Below, piece after piece: positions 20,227 to 30,975 of a stretch of 64,000 nt of DNA; within the stretch, counting starts at the first letter, position 1; each line of letters opens with the position of its first letter. The stretch lies in assembly GCA_965372795.1 (NCBI GenBank), contig CBDVDR010000010.1, positions 1 through 64,000 of the forward strand. Direction: 5' to 3'. The position numbers were made by a program, and so were the translations under genes. Below the pieces are notes generated by a model that saw nothing but the letters and a program-made list of their open reading frames with translations, ran no database searches and was not told where the DNA came from. This DNA is from an uncultured bacterium (GTDB lineage: Bacteria > Zixibacteria > MSB-5A5 > GN15 > FEB-12).

Positions 20227-20681
20227 AGTATAACTATTATCGGAGTATATATGATAAAGTTAAGTTACTGCAATATGTTAATACTCACTCACAATTACGC
20301 TATATCGTGATGAAATTCAATAATTTACGTCTTATATTTGGTTGTAACTGTTTTTATTTGATTTGGTCTGTTTTGACTCCAATGTGATACAAATATGGCA
20401 CTAGTAATTGTCTCAAATCTAAAATATTTATTTTTTCTAAAATGTAAAATAATAATATTATTTAAAAATAAGCGTAGGTTTTTCAAGTATAACCCGATAT
20501 ACTTAACAGAAATCATTATTTGAGTCCTATCTTTTTTGAAGTTTTGTCTTAAACTAACAACACACCTTTAAAGCTTAATCTCGAATAAACCGCGCAATAA
20601 AGCGCAAAATACCTATTATTTTGAGGTATCTGACATCTACAAAATTCAGTTTCTTCAAGATAAGCTAAAACGGAGTGTAGA

Positions 20682-20963
20682 ATGAATATCTACGTAGGAA
20701 ACATGTCGTTTGAAACGACTGAAGATCAATTACGTCAAGCCTTTGAGGGTTTTGGTGAAGTTTCAACAATCAAAGTTATTATGGACAGAGACAGTGGCCG
20801 ACCAAAAGGATTCGCTTTTGTGGAAATGTCTTCAAAAGAAGAAGCAGTTGCTGCCATCAGTGGTCTCAATGGTCAGGACCTGAACGGACGGGCATTGAAT
20901 GTAAATGAAGCGAAACCGCGTAACGATAGTGGAAATCGCAACGGTGGTAATAGCTACCGCTAG
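20682..20963 (+). CDS. RRM (RNP-1) RNA-binding protein
   Basis: IYVGNM (RNP2), KGFAFVEM (RNP1), VNEAKPR. Confidence 0.95.
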   Translation: MNIYVGNMSFETTEDQLRQAFEGFGEVSTIKVIMDRDSGRPKGFAFVEMSSKEEAVAAISGLNGQDLNGRALNVNEAKPRNDSGNRNGGNSYR

Positions 20964-21020
20964 ATGTATTAACGACATCTAATTAAAATCCATTTTTTTA
21001 TTAATATGGAATAATATTTG

Positions 21021-21057
21021 AAGGAGACTGTATTATTAACAGTCTCCTTTTTTTATT
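21021..21057 (+). terminator. Rho-independent terminator
   Basis: AAGGAGACTGT-loop-ACAGTCTCCTT followed by a T-run. Confidence 0.8.
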
Positions 21058-21438
21058 GCTCTTCAAATTTCATTAAAGTTATAATCGTATAATTTTGATA
21101 AATTACTTCAAATAAAAATTTTCTGTAATTACCACAAGTCAATGTTCTTAATTTGAAATTAAGAATATAATTTCATTGTTTATCTATTCAGCAATTTGAA
21201 TAACATAAAATAAAATCGATCGGGAATACGGATGAAGAACTATTATTGACCTTATAGGATTTAATAAATGAAAAATCAATATAAACATGATGTGTTTATA
21301 ATGATCACCCGAATCAATCTAACACTATTAGATTGATTACTATTGATAACAAGATAATCTTAAATAAATTTATAAAGAGGATAATTAACTTAAAGAAAAA
21401 TTGTCCCTCAAGTTTCAATCTCTGTCTTTAAATGTTCA

Positions 21439-21552
21439 TTAAGGATTTTTTTTCGGTAGCTTATCTTGTTTCTTTTTTTCCTTTTGCGTGTCTTTGCTTT
21501 TTTTCTGTTTGTCACTCTTATGCTTGTCTTTTTTTCCGCCTTTGTCACCCAT
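21439..21552 (-). CDS. Small lysine-rich protein (37 aa), absent from the ORF track
   Basis: MGDKGGKKDKHKSDKQKKSKDTQKEKKKQDKLPKKNP with AAGGAG RBS. Confidence 0.6.
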   Translation of the reverse strand: MGDKGGKKDKHKSDKQKKSKDTQKEKKKQDKLPKKNP

Positions 21553-21800
21553 ACATGTCTCCTTGTTTGAGTTTATATACTTCGATTATGATAATTTTTA
21601 CTTCAACGCGATTAAGATACCACCACTAATTGAATAAAACTACATACTATTTGTTATATATGCAAAACAAATGACACAAGCGAGAATTTAACATTCATAA
21701 CCTCTTACTTAATTAAGAGAAACTCAATTTCTCTGGAGGTTGATACACCGAACCTAACATCATTATAACTAATTGTAATGCAGCTATTTATGGAATCATG

Positions 21801-21886
21801 GAAGAGGGGAAAATCGAACTAACCATCACTATAACTACCTGTGTAACAACAGGTTTTATCAATGCGGGCTACTTGGGATACGTATC
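21801..21886. repeat. Left att-like repeat of the island
   Basis: gaggggaa..tcgaa..cactataactacctgtgtaaca-N12-aatgcgggcta matches 46597-46664; aatgcgggctacttgggatacgtatc matches 46366-46391. Confidence 0.65.
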
Positions 21887-21974
21887 AATGTATTGACATT
21901 TAAGGCACAGTTTGTGCGCTGGCAATAGCTTTTTGTTGTTTTATTATTTCAGGTCCTCTGAATCTATTTTCAAC

Positions 21975-22853
21975 TTAGATCGGAATCGAGATCCTGAATA
22001 ATGTCTGTAAAGTTTTTAGACCGTTTGAATCATTATTTTCTAAATCATCACTAAACGAGTAGAACAACTCTGCTAACAACCATCCTGCCACTGCACCAAC
22101 TACAACATCCGAGAGGTAATGACGATAAGCGTGAATCCGGCTCCAGCCAACTATTGAGGCCCAACTGTACAGCAGAACAGGGGAAGCCCATCGCCAATCA
22201 TGATATTCACTACGTGACATTTTCAGACGCATCGTTTCTCGTACTCGCAGATTGAGGAAAGTGACGGCAAAAAAGGCGCTGGATGTGTGGCCTGAAAAGA
22301 ATGAACTGTTCTTGGCTCGAAAGTCTCCAGTGTAGCGCTTGTACTCAAAGTTCAAATCATTCCTAACATACGGGCGCGGACGTGCAACAAAACCTTTTGT
22401 GAGAATAGTGACACCTACAGTCGCTGCCAAGCCTGATGTGAATAGGAATAGATCTTGTAGAACACCTTTTGAAGTAGTGCTACGTGGATAGGTTATATTG
22501 ACCATCGTTAGGACGACACCTGCTCCAACCGGTGTGACTGCCGAGCCGAGATGGCTATCGAAGAAATTCGACTTTCCAACGTAGTATTTGCCTCCCAACC
22601 ATGATTGAATAGTATTTTCCAAGGGGAATGGGTTGATTATTAGCGAGCTCTTGCAGCTGTCAAACTTTCTCACGTGATTTCCTAAAAATAGAGTCACCAG
22701 CGAAGCAGTTCCGATAGCTCCGACCTCTTCAGCAGACAAATATTCCTCGGCAGAAACGCAGCAAGGATTGACTGCCATTGCCAGAAAAAATATTCCCACT
22801 TGAATACTTCTTTTAAACCAAAGAAGAAGCAATTGAATTTTCGAATTCAACAT
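21975..22853 (-). CDS. PAP2-family phosphatase
   Basis: K...ARPRP, SFFSGH and SRI..YRHYLSDV motifs; start uncertain. Confidence 0.88.
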   Translation of the reverse strand: MLNSKIQLLLLWFKRSIQVGIFFLAMAVNPCCVSAEEYLSAEEVGAIGTASLVTLFLGNHVRKFDSCKSSLIINPFPLENTIQSWLGGKYYVGKSNFFDSHLGSAVTPVGAGVVLTMVNITYPRSTTSKGVLQDLFLFTSGLAATVGVTILTKGFVARPRPYVRNDLNFEYKRYTGDFRAKNSSFFSGHTSSAFFAVTFLNLRVRETMRLKMSRSEYHDWRWASPVLLYSWASIVGWSRIHAYRHYLSDVVVGAVAGWLLAELFYSFSDDLENNDSNGLKTLQTLFRISIPI

Positions 22854-23401
22854 ATTGCTTTAACCTTTCCTCTTTCACTGTATATTCTGTATACTACAGC
22901 TGTGTTTCTTCATTTGGCTCTCCTTACAAGACTCATAATAGTTTGTATACGATTTCCTATAAACACAAAGCTACTTCATCCTCAGAACTTGAGCAGAACA
23001 ACTTCTTTCCTCCAGGAATTCTTTGTTGATGTCAGGTTGGACTACTTTCTTATTTCGTGATCGGGAAGTCTTGAGAAATTTCAATAAAAATATTGGCGAT
23101 TAACAAGTATATTTCCTCATATTTGATGCTCCCCTAATAATTCATTTAAACGCAAGGACACTGGCTGCCGGGTCTGCACTATACCCGATTTTCCGCTGAT
23201 ATAATACAAAAGGAATTCCAGATGAAGACATGCCAATTTTCCCTGTTCATAATCAAAGTTACCTATAGCCTCTTCTGAATTATAAATAATGAATCAGGGG
23301 GTAATTTCGTTAGGTTTGCTCATAGAATAATTCCTATCATGTTTCTAATCTTTCGTCTGATACATGTTCTTTCTAATTGGAATAAACACTTTCACCTGGA
23401 C

Positions 23402-23448
23402 GGTGCTGTAGCCGATACAACAATGTTTCCGTAGCAGATTTTACTACG
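23402..23448 (-). promoter_or_regulatory. Bipartite operator-like motif, copy 2
   Basis: Reverse complement CGTAGTAAAATCTGCTACG-N14-TCGGCTACAGCACC, facing the PAP2 gene. Confidence 0.7.
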
Positions 23449-23645
23449 GTTCTAAGGCTGACTGTTATTCTAACAAGTTAGCTGGCCTAAACAGTTTGGG
23501 ATGCTCTTAATAACCTTCACCCCAGTAAGTACTCACCGGCAGAGAATTCTATGGGACATGTCCAGACCACGTTAGATTTTGTGTCAGGAAAAACCTGTAG
23601 GGAAAATAACAAAAGATTTCTTGTCCAATCAGCGAAATAGCAGAT

Positions 23646-23692
23646 TGTAGCAGAATCTGTGACAGTAGATTCATGGCTTCGGCGACATCGCC
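23646..23692 (+). promoter_or_regulatory. Bipartite operator-like motif, copy 3
   Basis: TGTAGCAGAATCTGTGACA-N14-TCGGCGACATCGCC, facing the 24025 gene. Confidence 0.7.
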
Positions 23693-24024
23693 GACATAGG
23701 TGAAAGTGCTAAATTTCTAATCAGATAACAAAAAGTAACAACACTTAATTGGACAGTGTATGATCAAAAGTTTTAATAATAAAACATCTGTTGAAACAAT
23801 AATGAATTTAATAGTCCTACTTATACCAAACCGATTTTATAGGCACAGTGCAGCCAAGAAGTAAACAAAGAAAACGAGAGATGAACATGATGATTATAAT
23901 TCTGAAATATCCATTGCCGCATTTCTATTTACAAGAAGATGAAGTCGATGGCGGCGGGAGTAATCATATCAAATCGAGAACATTAAAATTGTGTAAATTA
24001 TAACCACGTAGAAGGAAGAGTCAA

Positions 24025-24720
24025 ATGCTTCGAAATGCTGCCGTTATATTAACATTTTTAATCCTGACTTTGGCGAATAGCTCGGAAGTCCAGGCACAGT
24101 ATGAAATCAGATTATCCAGTGGATACCGAGTTGGTGGTTCGTTTGTCAACTCCGGGTACAGTAGCAACTCATTCCTGGACGATTTGGACATCGCTTCCGG
24201 TCCTCAATTCGGAGGTAGTTTCTATTATCATAGAAGAACTCCTCTTAATGTGGAAAACACAATTATGTATGGGGTATCGATTAACTTCCAGAGATCAGAC
24301 TTGCGGTTCAAGCCTGCTAATATATCTGAAATCCCTGATTCGATATTGGAGAAATATGAAGTGGATGGCGACAAACTGATCCTTGGTGAAATCAATGTGA
24401 CCTATTTCCATGTTGGCATACTATACAAATTCGGCAGTAGTTCCAGTTGGGATCCACACCTCAATTTTGGAATTGGTGCAACAATTTTTAAAGCGGAAGA
24501 CGGGGATCTGAAAGAAACAGAGTTATCTTTCACTTTCGGTGCCGGAGTGACTAAAATGTTTTCTGAATCTATTGGTACCCAAATCAAATTAACTAGCTAC
24601 CTGACTTCACTTCCTTCGGATGTGTATTGGCTTGGCAATAATGGCGGTACTTTTAGATCGATTAATAACACTATGTTCTTCCAAGGTGCAATTTCCGGCG
24701 GACTGGTTTTTGCTTTCTGA
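24025..24720 (+). CDS. Outer-membrane beta-barrel protein
   Basis: Signal peptide VQA-Q; alternating beta strands; C-terminal GLVFAF. Confidence 0.75.
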   Translation: MLRNAAVILTFLILTLANSSEVQAQYEIRLSSGYRVGGSFVNSGYSSNSFLDDLDIASGPQFGGSFYYHRRTPLNVENTIMYGVSINFQRSDLRFKPANISEIPDSILEKYEVDGDKLILGEINVTYFHVGILYKFGSSSSWDPHLNFGIGATIFKAEDGDLKETELSFTFGAGVTKMFSESIGTQIKLTSYLTSLPSDVYWLGNNGGTFRSINNTMFFQGAISGGLVFAF

Positions 24721-24825
24721 TAAATGATATTCGAAATATGATATTGTATTGCCTGTTTCGGAACATTACAAGTCGATCGCTTTGTAAACCAACTTACAAA
24801 GAAGAATAGTTCAAGGAGTAAAATT

Positions 24826-25983
24826 ATGCTACGATTGATACTTAGCCTTTTGGGCAGTGGTTCAAATAGTTACCTGCTTTTGAAACAATGTCTAATTATT
24901 ATTAGTACTATCGTGACTGGCGTAACATGCTTCGCTGGCTCAAATAGATCGACTGAGGATACAGCAAGTTCAATTGTAAGCGTTGAATTGTTGAAGTCTC
25001 ATAACACCAGTGTCAATATCTACCCATACGCCTTCTACAATCCGGAGATCGAATTGGCCTTTGGAGCCGGAGGGGTTATCACATTCTATACCTCAGAGGA
25101 TAAGAACCTGAGACCGTCAAAATTAGGTTTGTCTGCCTACTATTCTACCAGCAAACAGTATAGAGCAGGTATATCTTCAGATGTTTATCTTCCTGGAAAT
25201 TTCATTTTTGCTTCTGTAAAGTTATTCTTGCAGGACAAGATTGTCTTTACACCGGATACTCTTAACCCGGAAGTTGATGCAAAAATCTGGGGCACAAAGT
25301 TAGAATTACAAGTCCCTGCTTTATTGGGATTTAATACAAAAGACAAAAGGAGAAAGCTGGGGATTATTTTCGACTACCAGCACGTGGAACTAACGTTTGA
25401 GGAGGAGAACTCATCCAATGACGACCCACCCCATACTCTCGGTTTGGGGCTGGGGTGGATATGGGATACGCGGGATAATATTTTTTATCCCATTAATGGA
25501 TACCTCTATCGAATAGAATTTACGGCTTTTGCCAAAGACTTGGGAAGTAGCTACGATTTTAATCGGTATGAAGTGGACTTAAGACGCTATTTCAGCCTGA
25601 ATCCCCAGAAAAAACAACTAATAGCAACTCAATTTTACACAGAAATTGTTCGCGGAACTCCTCCTATCTACAGACTCCCGGCACTTGGCGGGTCCAATTT
25701 AATGAGGGGCCACAAGTCAGGAAGTCTTCGAGATAGAAACTACATTGCTGGTCAAATGGAATACCGTACCCACCTGTGGTGGCATGTCGGTGCAGTCGCC
25801 TTTTTTGGCTTGGGGAATGTGGCACATGAGTTTTCTGATTTCAAAATTAAGGATTTAGAGTACTCTTACGGAGCCGGAATTCGATTTGCCTTTAATAAAA
25901 AAGAAGGAATCAATTTACGAGCCGATTTTGGTTTCGGAGAAAATACTGATGGTATCTACATCTCTGTGGAAGAAGCATTTTAA
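24826..25983 (+). CDS. BamA/TamA (Omp85)-like outer-membrane protein
   Basis: WDTRDNIFYP..G, LGGSNLMRG, SYGAGIRF, NLRADFGFG and terminal EAF. Confidence 0.85.
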   Translation: MLRLILSLLGSGSNSYLLLKQCLIIISTIVTGVTCFAGSNRSTEDTASSIVSVELLKSHNTSVNIYPYAFYNPEIELAFGAGGVITFYTSEDKNLRPSKLGLSAYYSTSKQYRAGISSDVYLPGNFIFASVKLFLQDKIVFTPDTLNPEVDAKIWGTKLELQVPALLGFNTKDKRRKLGIIFDYQHVELTFEEENSSNDDPPHTLGLGLGWIWDTRDNIFYPINGYLYRIEFTAFAKDLGSSYDFNRYEVDLRRYFSLNPQKKQLIATQFYTEIVRGTPPIYRLPALGGSNLMRGHKSGSLRDRNYIAGQMEYRTHLWWHVGAVAFFGLGNVAHEFSDFKIKDLEYSYGAGIRFAFNKKEGINLRADFGFGENTDGIYISVEEAF

Positions 25984-26297
25984 GTATTTGAGAAGTGAAT
26001 ACTTTGACTTGATCTTTTTTACCTTGCAAATTTTCCTGTTAAAGTTAATCAACATCTCTGAAACAGCCGAACAATTTGATAAGTATTGAAGACAACCAGT
26101 TTTATTTATGGTTCCATAAGTAGCCGATCAATTGTGACTGCTAATTAACAAGACATTTGATAAGCAATCGCCTGATAATTTCAAAACCACTTCGCTATAA
26201 CTAAATCCGAAAGCTATCTATTCCTGTTGTGATAACTGATTTGCAGTTAATCTTTAATACATAAATAAATAACCGGTAGGGATGTTACACATCCCCA

Positions 26298-26933
26298 CTA
26301 TTTCAATATGGTAATTAAGCCATCTTTACTCAAACGTTTCACAAGCGACTTGCTGAGATCTTCAATGAGCTTCATGAATTTGTCAGGATTCACGGCTTTG
26401 GAAACACCACGCCAAATTATTTTACCATTAGATGTTTTGTAAAGTGTTGATTCGATTAAGTATTCTCTTGTTTCCTTAAAATACCCCGGTTCATGGTACA
26501 TTCCCCAATGAGAATGATAATAACCATAATAATCACGATAATAATATCCTGTAGATGCAGAATACATCCTTCCGGGCACGTAAGTTTCAGTAGTGTCTGC
26601 CCTAAGTAAGCCTGTAATCAATACAGCATCTATATTGAGACCTGTGAAATATTTTTCGAACGCTTCCTTGGAGATTTCTTCATCCTTTGGCATTCCATCA
26701 AGCGATGCTAAGGCATCGACTCCGTTAATAATAAACTCGTTTTTGAGTTGATATTCAAAGACGGTCCTGGTTTGCTCACGAGGAGCCATACCAATTACCA
26801 GTATTTTCTCCAAATTGTCTCCATGATATCCCGGATCAGTCCACACATTTACAAGCGACACACTTCCCCCGCATCCGATAAAAAAGCAGGTAATCGTAAT
26901 GATTGTAGTAAGCTTTATAAATTTAATTATCAT
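26298..26933 (-). CDS. Lipoprotein (DUF4136-like)
   Basis: Lipobox FIGC; Tyr-rich loop; ESTLY....KIIWRGVS. Confidence 0.65.
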   Translation of the reverse strand: MIIKFIKLTTIITITCFFIGCGGSVSLVNVWTDPGYHGDNLEKILVIGMAPREQTRTVFEYQLKNEFIINGVDALASLDGMPKDEEISKEAFEKYFTGLNIDAVLITGLLRADTTETYVPGRMYSASTGYYYRDYYGYYHSHWGMYHEPGYFKETREYLIESTLYKTSNGKIIWRGVSKAVNPDKFMKLIEDLSKSLVKRLSKDGLITILK

Positions 26934-27091
26934 TTGTATCTCCTAACAAATTCGAGAGATGGATTCAATTACTCTTTTGAGTAAGAAGGGGCTTGGCACT
27001 TAACGGGATAAAGCCAATTCATTGCCCAAGACCCAAACTCTCTGTATTTAAAGTTTGTTTAATCACTATAACTCGCAGGATTTTAGCCTGA

Positions 27092-27865
27092 CTAATTCCA
27101 TATAAATTTAAACCCAAATTCGATATTCCATTCATAAGGACGATCATTGCCTATGCCTATACCCGGTTTAATAAAACTGCTAATAGGACCGAACATTAAC
27201 TGGCCATAATTAGCTTTGATGGTTCCATATTCCTCGTCATTTTCATGATCAATCACCGCCGTTGCATTAATATTAACCCATCTTTTCTTGCTTGGAGCAA
27301 CTACTACAAAGAATACATCAATACCGGACCTGCTTATATCAGACCGGTCATCATCTCCACCAATATCAAAAGTATATTGATAAGCAGGAGCAAGAATAGA
27401 ACCTTTTATCCCAAACGGATTGAAGAATACAAGGAAAGCCTGTGGTCCGAGGGTTGTTTTTCCAGAACCAAGAATTGGTTGAGAAGCGGTGCTAAATGTA
27501 GCCTCAAGACCAATAGCAAGAGCTCCCTTCTGGGTAACTTTAGGGACCCATAACAATCGTGTGTCCATATCACCAAAACCACTTGTTGTTGAAGCAGAGG
27601 GACCACTGCCAAAACTCATATCAACTTTATATCCTCTATACCTAAATGATATTGATTGGTTCAAAGGTACGGAATATGTGAAAATTGTTTTTGTGAATGA
27701 ATTTTCACCTTCAAGCGAATTCATTTCCATCGACATGCTAAAATCATAGGTAAAATTCACCGGATTGGTGCCCGTATTGTCATCTTCCTGACCAGCCGCT
27801 GGCTGTATGGTTAGGCAAATAAGAGCCAGACCAATTACAATCTGACTTAGTATTGTTTGTTTCAT
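27092..27865 (-). CDS. Outer-membrane beta-barrel/transporter-like protein
   Basis: Signal peptide; GTNPVN, SGFGD and LGSGKTTLGP motifs; terminal GFKFIWN. Confidence 0.6.
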   Translation of the reverse strand: MKQTILSQIVIGLALICLTIQPAAGQEDDNTGTNPVNFTYDFSMSMEMNSLEGENSFTKTIFTYSVPLNQSISFRYRGYKVDMSFGSGPSASTTSGFGDMDTRLLWVPKVTQKGALAIGLEATFSTASQPILGSGKTTLGPQAFLVFFNPFGIKGSILAPAYQYTFDIGGDDDRSDISRSGIDVFFVVVAPSKKRWVNINATAVIDHENDEEYGTIKANYGQLMFGPISSFIKPGIGIGNDRPYEWNIEFGFKFIWN

Positions 27866-27949
27866 ATTCTTTTCCTTTTATTAACATCCATATTAATTTA
27901 ATTTTTTATTACATATTTTTGTTTAATAGATTATCAAAACAATGTTCTC

Positions 27950-29233
27950 TCATTTAACTGGAACAAATGGTGGAGGAATATATGAGCCGATTTTTTTAGG
28001 ATCTGCCTGATAAACACGAATCACTATTCCCATCTTCTTACCCGGTGTGTAGAGCCAATTACCAGCCTCCGGTTTAGAGGAAAAGTTGAAAATAATTGAG
28101 CCATCATCCTCAAAGACCATTTTGTCAGTGGTCAATACATAGGAATCATATTCATTTTTGTGAACATACATATTTTCATCATGAGCCGTGATTGACCAAA
28201 AGCCTATATCACTTAGTGGTGGGAATTCATCTTTTAAGAAAACAATTTGTCCTTCACCTTCGACAGTGGATAAAAAATAATTGGCTTCTTCTTTTGAGTT
28301 TCCCCATAGTCCGAAGTGTGCACCTGTTGCCCGTCCGATATAATTACCTTTCAAGAACTGGCGTGTTCCAAAAACCTCAGTTGCTCCTATATAACCGTTA
28401 CCTATGAGTAAGCTGTTAGAACCCAACTTGATTTCTTCAAAACCTGCATCAATTCCAGCTTGCACTTCAGTTTTTTCTTTATCCGTAAGACTAACTTTGC
28501 TAAGGATGCCAATTTTCGCAAATCTTTTAAAGAGTTCAATTTCACTTTCAGGTGGTTTTGAGAGAAGTGTATTGAGATATTCCACAAATTTTGGAGATTT
28601 AGCATTCTCTTCATTATATGATGGATAATTCAATTTAGATTTGGGTGGATCAATAAGATGAATTGAATTTTGTATTTCTCTCACTCGGTCTAATTCATCG
28701 GCAGTTGTAATATCAATTCGATTGATAATAATCACATGATTACCTTCGACTTTAACTGGTTTTACATTGGGATCAGTTACTACTTGTCCTTCGGTATAGA
28801 AGGCAAAGCGTCCTCCTTCTCCATTGTTTGCCCGTGTTCCCATATAAAAGAAATTGTGTGTAAATACATCGACGCATTGATAAACGATATAGCGGTCTTT
28901 TACTTCTGGTATTTCAAGTATCACCGGTCCATTCGAGAGATCAATGGCTACCCCACCGGTCATAGACGTAAGATTAGGTGCCACGATCGGCTGTCCAACA
29001 TTGTCCCAGGGCAATTTTGGATTCATTGCTACTGCGTTGAATCTCAATCCCATAAAATTCATCATGCCGTTTACTGTCTTGACCTGTTCCATCATTGGGT
29101 AGGCATAAATGAATGCCTCCCGAGCAATTTCCTTTAGATTTGATTTGTTAGTTTGTGAACACGATAATTGGAACAAAAAGATAAATGCTGTGAAAATCGC
29201 CATTAACAATCTAACAGAGTATAGTTTTTTCAT
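27950..29233 (-). CDS. DUF1254/DUF1214 lipoprotein
   Basis: AREAFIYAYP, VAPN, DLSNGPV and FWSIT motifs; lipobox LSC. Start moved to MKKLYSV (AGGAAGG RBS) because the ORF-track extension runs through the 60-bp duplication. Confidence 0.8.
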   Translation of the reverse strand: MKKLYSVRLLMAIFTAFIFLFQLSCSQTNKSNLKEIAREAFIYAYPMMEQVKTVNGMMNFMGLRFNAVAMNPKLPWDNVGQPIVAPNLTSMTGGVAIDLSNGPVILEIPEVKDRYIVYQCVDVFTHNFFYMGTRANNGEGGRFAFYTEGQVVTDPNVKPVKVEGNHVIIINRIDITTADELDRVREIQNSIHLIDPPKSKLNYPSYNEENAKSPKFVEYLNTLLSKPPESEIELFKRFAKIGILSKVSLTDKEKTEVQAGIDAGFEEIKLGSNSLLIGNGYIGATEVFGTRQFLKGNYIGRATGAHFGLWGNSKEEANYFLSTVEGEGQIVFLKDEFPPLSDIGFWSITAHDENMYVHKNEYDSYVLTTDKMVFEDDGSIIFNFSSKPEAGNWLYTPGKKMGIVIRVYQADPKKIGSYIPPPFVPVK

Positions 29234-29347
29234 ACTTTCCTTCCTAACAACAATTGGTTTAGTAGTTGCATTATTGATTGATCGTATATTCATCTTCTGT
29301 TCCTTTTTAAATAATTTTGACAACACTATAACGGTGTCAATTCGATT

Positions 29348-30975
29348 TACATCTTTTGCATTTGTGGTTCTTTCCATTGCCCACTCATAGCTTCCTCTTT
29401 TGGCCAGCACAGACGCAAGACAAAATAAATGAGTAAGCAACAATTTTAATTTTCTCTTTCTATATCCGGTAGCACGAAGCTTTTATCAAAATATGCTTCT
29501 TCCGGACCATAAAACCGGAACAACAAGAAGAAATCGTCGCCTGCTGTCGGTATCCAATTCGATTTTAGCCCTTGAGGATACTTTTCGCCAAAGTAAATAT
29601 CGATTGATCCATCGTCATTCACTTTTAATAATGATTTATCATAAGACGACAGCCCTACTATGTCAGCATCGTTGTAGATGAACGACTTGGTCTTTTTTCC
29701 ATAGGCAATAACAGACCAGAAATTTGTAGCCGGAACGTTGTCAGGTACATTGAGTTTGTAATTCTGTTTACCGGATAACAGCTCGCCATTGGCATCGTTT
29801 ATGCCTAACAAATACGCTGACGCTTTACCGAGATGCCTGGGAATAAATGTTATCCAATGAAACAGGCTACCTCTTTGGTCTAAAAGCAGGAATTCACCTT
29901 CATCATAAACAAAACCCTCTTCTGATGGTTGTTTGATACTCAACCACTGGCGATTAGGCCAATAGATTTCGTGAGAGTAACCAGGTGTTTCAAATGTGTA
30001 TTCCAAGTAGTCAAAGCCATCTTTTGCCGCTTTCTCCAAAGCACGTTTCACCTTACCTTGAGGTGCAAAAGGTTTTCCCTTTTCAATGCCAATTGAAGCA
30101 AGCATTCCACCCATCACTTTGTCACGTTCAAGTAGTGGCTCATCATTTAGGAGTTCAGCGATGTCTTCAAAGAAACTTAAATCATATACTGGTAATGTTG
30201 GTAAATGTCTCTCCGCCATGTCAATGTATTGCCCCGCGGGCGGATTACCAGCCTGACTTAACGGATAGCCATTAATATTTTTCGCATATTCAGCCGCTTC
30301 ACCATAGCTGGCATCTTCCAAAGGGATAAGACGCAATGCAACAAAGACATCATACAAATCCGAAGATACAGTGAAGTATCCCTCGGGGACTTCCCCATCA
30401 TAACCTGGTGGTAAAAACAGATATTTACCCCCTCTTCCTTGATCTATACCAGCCGGGCCAATATCAGCAATCGGGACCTGCCAGATATCGGTGGCACTTC
30501 CAAAAATGGCAGTTCGCTTTGAAGCAGGCGGAATTTCAAGCACTACTGGTCCATTCTTTGTACTTAGATGAATCGTCGCATACGGTGTCTGATTGTTGGG
30601 GGTGATTGCTTCTGCTAAAGCTGTTGGTACTTTGGTTATGTAATAGACTACGTTGTAACCACCACCAAGAGTGAAATTACCTTTACGCAGATTGATCATA
30701 CTGACCGCGGGCAAAGCCCAGTTCATCGCTTCAATGCCACGCTGATATGCTTTTTGATACTCCCAGTCTATCTGTTCATCCGCTTTTAGCTTTGTACCAC
30801 CTACTAACAATATTATGATCAGTAGGCTTGTGACACAAAATGTTAAATATACTTTTTTCATTTTTCACCTTTCGTAGGTATTTCAGGAAGACAACAAAAC
30901 GTCATCTACTCGTTCTACATCTTTTGCATTTGTGGTTCTTTCCATTGCCCACTCATAGCTTCCTCTTTTGGCCAG
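29348..30975. repeat. 60-bp exact direct repeat (29348-29407 and 30916-30975)
   Basis: tacatcttttgcatttgtggttctttccattgcccactcatagcttcctcttttggccag occurs twice and is the 3' end of CDS 30915..32321. Confidence 0.92.
29446..30861 (-). CDS. DUF1254/DUF1214 secreted protein
   Basis: TPNNQTPY, GPAG.D.G.GGKYL, FWSV..Y, NWIPT and FRFYGP motifs. Confidence 0.85.
   Translation of the reverse strand: MKKVYLTFCVTSLLIIILLVGGTKLKADEQIDWEYQKAYQRGIEAMNWALPAVSMINLRKGNFTLGGGYNVVYYITKVPTALAEAITPNNQTPYATIHLSTKNGPVVLEIPPASKRTAIFGSATDIWQVPIADIGPAGIDQGRGGKYLFLPPGYDGEVPEGYFTVSSDLYDVFVALRLIPLEDASYGEAAEYAKNINGYPLSQAGNPPAGQYIDMAERHLPTLPVYDLSFFEDIAELLNDEPLLERDKVMGGMLASIGIEKGKPFAPQGKVKRALEKAAKDGFDYLEYTFETPGYSHEIYWPNRQWLSIKQPSEEGFVYDEGEFLLLDQRGSLFHWITFIPRHLGKASAYLLGINDANGELLSGKQNYKLNVPDNVPATNFWSVIAYGKKTKSFIYNDADIVGLSSYDKSLLKVNDDGSIDIYFGEKYPQGLKSNWIPTAGDDFFLLFRFYGPEEAYFDKSFVLPDIEREN

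Noticed and set aside
23387..23708. MITE with about 60-bp imperfect terminal inverted repeats (cactttcacct...aggtgaaagtg)
   Set aside because: The arms are copies 2 and 3 of a motif that occurs singly upstream of four other genes, so divergent promoters explain it better. No target-site duplication was seen.
29234..29443. 70-aa N-terminal extension of the 497-aa ORF
   Set aside because: It runs through the 60-bp duplication out of frame; the RBS and lipoprotein signal begin at 29233.
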